Positions 60,531-64,000 of a DNA stretch of 64,000 nt are shown one piece after another (the first letter of the stretch is position 1; each line of letters starts with the position of its first letter). Source of the DNA: Leucoraja ocellata (Eukaryota); the NCBI GenBank assembly GCA_036785375.1, contig JAWMAR010000178.1:2108001-2172000 (forward strand), in the 5' to 3' direction. A program made the translations under genes and the position numbers. The notes under the pieces were generated by a model, which made no database searches, was not told where the DNA came from, and saw only the letters and a program-made list of their open reading frames with translations.

Positions 60531-62334
60531 AAGATTGCCAACGTTTGTCTTCTGCTTAATCTTACAGGACGCCCTATCCTGAGTTTAATCACTAGATGGG
60601 ACAGTATCTGAATCACTTTAGAACATTTCCTGAAGGACATCCTGCACAGATATGAGAATATCTTCCTGCCTGATATTTTCCTGTTCAAGTTTCAAGTTCA
60701 AATCTATCAAAACAAATGCTTGTTTACCAATATGAGACTTCATTTTTAATGCAATTTTTAAAATACAATTTTATTTCTGGTTTGAAAGCTTGGAGCTGGC
60801 AATTATGGAAGAATATGCTTTGTCAGCTCACAAAGGCAGAGACACAAAAACATACACTCACACAAAAAAAACACAAGGATTATTCTTCCAGATATGTTGA
60901 TCAATAAAAGCTGACTCTCGTGGCGACCACAGGGTAAAGTTCTTACCATCACCCACTGGTTGAAATCTGGAGAAGTGTACAATTGCTTGCTCCCCATTTC
61001 CCAGATATATTCACATCATATTAACATACAGATACTCCCTGACTTGTGTAAACTCACACTTATGTAATAATTCTGTACTCAGGCAGTTTGTAATTTACAC
61101 AACATTGTACGAATACTCAAGTTTACATTGGAAACAAGCCGGCAATAGTGGTGGTGCTTATCCAGAGGGCGCACTTCACAGAAAGTGCCCCAACGGTGAG
61201 GCAGAGCTGAAGTCGGTAATGGCGGTGTGCTTACCCAGAAGTCCACATGTCACAGACGTTGCCCTGGATGCCACCAAACGCCGCTGAGACAGTTAATACT
61301 CTCAGTGGACACAAAGTGCTGGAGTAACTGAGGGGGTCAGGCAGCACCTCTGGAGAAAATGGATAGGTGACATTTCAGGTTTGGTGGCTTCTTAGACACT
61401 CAGTTCGTTATTTTACGCAGGGGATGTAGATGGTGGTTCCGACATGTAAAATCTGATGTGTCAAATGTCATAGGAGCAGAATTAGGCCATTTGGTCCAAC
61501 GTCTACTCCACCAATCAATCATGGCTGATCTATCTTTTCCTTGCAACGGCATTCCCCTGCCTTCTCCCCATATCGTCTGTCGCACTTACCAATCAAGAAC
61601 CTATCAAGCTCCATTTTTAAATAATGACTTGGCTTCCACTGCCATCAGTGCTGTACAATACCATTGCATGGACAGCACAGCTTTAGCAGATGAGCCACTG
61701 CCTTTATAGAGGGTAAATAAAGAGGGGTATTAAATGCTGGCCATTTCAGTGCCACACAGGGACTAAACTAACAATTAGACTTAAAGTCAAGCCCATTATC
61801 ATCATTGTTGCTTCACAAAGAACTCTGCTTTCTTACCCTGGTATCACAAAATACACAAAAGTGTAGTTAAGATATATGTAAATATGAAATTATACATCTA
61901 TATAACTAAAAGTCTCATCTTGACCACTTCCTATCTGCACAGTATAATGATTTTAGAAAAAACGCTACCCCATATCGCTATGATTTTTGACCATCTTACT
62001 CACAGTCCTCCTCCACTGAAGCAGCCCCGAGGACTTTTCCGATCGATGAAAAATAAAAAGGTTATGAGTGTTTAAAAAATCTTGAGATCTGCTGACTGGT
62101 CCTCTCGCCTGTCAATCACCACGATGCCCCATCCGGGGGGGGGGGGGGGGGGGGGGGGGGCAGGACTATAAAACCCCGGATGCCTGGACGCGAGTCAGTC
62201 ACTCTGGAAGACCACGAGTAGGAGACCACAACTGTCATTCTAAGCTGTGAATCAACTGAACTGTGTCTGCAATGTACTTGCAATAAATGATTTGTTAGCT
62301 CTTAATGACAATGCAATGAGTTGTTTGGCAATTT

Positions 62335-62561
62335 GGTGGCCTGCACTCTGCTTGAAATGCTGTGAAATTGAATGTGGTGGCCTGCACTCTGCTTGAAATG
62401 CTGTGAAATTGAATGTGGTGGCCTGCACTCTGCTTGAAATGCTGTGAAATTGAATGTGGTGGCCTACACTCTGCTTGAAATGCTGTGAAATTGAATGTGG
62501 TGGCCTGCACTCTGCTTGAAATGCGGTAAAATTGAATGTGGTGGCCTGCACTCTGCTTGAA
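62335..62561. repeat. 41-bp minisatellite, ~5.5 copies
   Basis: GTGGTGGCCTGCACTCTGCTTGAAATGCTGTGAAATTGAAT in tandem. Confidence 0.95.
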
Positions 62562-62577
62562 ATAAAATTTCAAGGAA

Positions 62578-62840
62578 TTGCCAACCCACTAGCCCTGAAT
62601 GACGGATCTGCCAGCCCACCAGCCCTGAGTAACTGAGCTGCCAGCCCACCAGCCCTAAGTGACTGAGCTGCCAGCCCCGAGTGACTGAGCTGCCAGTCCA
62701 ACAGCCCTGAGTGACTGAGCTGACAGTCCATCAGGTCTGAGTGACTGAGCTGCCAGCCCACCTGACCTGAGTGACCGAGCTGCCAGCCCAAGAATCAGCC
62801 CAAGCCCACCAGCCCAAAAGTGACTGAGCTGTCAGCCCAC
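62578..62840. repeat. ~30-bp degenerate minisatellite
   Basis: GAGTGACTGAGCTGCCAGCCCACCAGCCCT-like units. Confidence 0.85.
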
Positions 62841-64000
62841 AATGTCCATACTAGCCCTCTGGAAACCAGTCCCTTTGGCCCACAACACCCATACTAGCAC
62901 TCCAGAAAGCCCCCCCCACTGGCCACCAATATTGGAATTGGTGGAGACGTGGAATATTGCGTTGGGGGCCAGCCCTCCCGTGTGAACATGGGTTGGGTCC
63001 CACTTAATCTAGTATATAATATGCATGTCAACCCATTTTCTCTTGGGTGGGCCAAGTTAAAATTGGCTATCATGCACAGAACATTGGTGCACTGATACAT
63101 GTGCCAAAAAAATTACTTAAGCAGGAGATAGTTGTGCATGGTCAGCCTTGAGAAAAAGCAATGCGAGTACGTGAGAAGGTTGTTAGAAAAAATGCCTTGT
63201 TGGAAATATTTATGCTTGACAAGAGTAAAAAAAAGCGGTTTCCTCTCGTGGTATGAGTGGTGCAACAAACAAGGTATGCCATCCAGGAGATCTACTAAAG
63301 CAAAGTCCCAAGTTAGAGACAGAGAGTTGGTGAACATTTTCCAAAGTATAGCCCTAGGCAGAGATCAGAGATATTTCACAGAGGCATCGATGGGATCAGA
63401 TCCTAACTGATCAGAATAGAGGTACTGAGGGAGCTGGCAAAAACCATGACACTAACAAATGCAACTTGTTCTAGGTCGACAGGAGACCAGTTGTGGGACA
63501 TTTTAAAGTTCTCATGCACATGGTGAAATCATATGGCTTTTGTTAAAAGTCAGTGGAACTGACAACTGGAATAAAAGGACAGGCATCCACTGAATTCGTT
63601 ATCAATGATGTCATTTTTTTGACATATGTTATCTTGGAATGCCGGAGTCATCAGTTTTGAAATATTTTCTGGAACGCCAGTGATAACTCCCACAGGTTTC
63701 TTAGCTCTGCTGGACTGTATAACATTGTGATGGGAAACAATGCTCATTTGCTTCCTTTATGGATTCAATTTTAATTTTAAATATTAAAAGGGAAAAAAAG
63801 CCAGTTCAGCTTAAAATATGAAATTATTATGAGATAGAAATGATGCGAATGTTCTTGGATGCTATTGTACTGGTGCGGAAATATGGTGGAAAGCCTCGTT
63901 TGGCATTTGTAATAACTTGAGATTATGGCAGTAGAGCGGAGAAAGTTTAAAGAAATTTCCCGTCTAAATGTCAGCAAATAGAATAACTGCCAGCAAGTTA

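Larger units (their letters stand above)
61897..63012 (+). mobile_element. Non-autonomous Helitron-like element
   Basis: A|TCTATATAACTAAAA...TCTAG|T: 5'-TC and 3'-CTAG termini at an AT site with no TSD; the subterminal hairpin is degenerate. Confidence 0.65.

Overview
Vertebrate nuclear DNA, inferred to be from a cartilaginous fish (probably a skate or ray) because it is dense in HER1-like CR1 LINEs and HE1/V-type SINEs. It is not prokaryotic: I found no rRNA, tRNA genes or CRISPR arrays. The only host gene is KANK1 on the + strand, with seven internal exons between 18704 and 34596. The last of these runs into a 200-N assembly gap (34597-34796), and I did not find the terminal exons after it. 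Several exons near the gap have single-base deletions in short homopolymers, which are probably consensus errors. Most of the rest is transposable-element sequence: CR1 LINEs, Rex1/Babar LINEs, Penelope-like elements with minimal hammerhead motifs, a decayed DIRS element with its terminal inverted repeat, an IR/DR-type Tc1, Harbinger, hAT and Tigger-like non-autonomous elements, a Helitron and several SINEs. Almost all ORFs in the supplied track are TE fragments or noise. The most notable observation is a ~138-bp retroposon whose 5' end is a complete 54-nt minimal HDV-like ribozyme (12396-12449, - strand). Its L3 loop matches the CPEB3 ribozyme, and a second copy with a 12-bp target-site duplication (TSD) starts at the same predicted cleavage-site G. 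A family of GC-rich non-coding retroposons with a covarying hairpin module and Rex1-type tails is also present. All calls were made by eye from remembered family signatures, with no database searches or folding runs. TE boundaries without a TSD are approximate.
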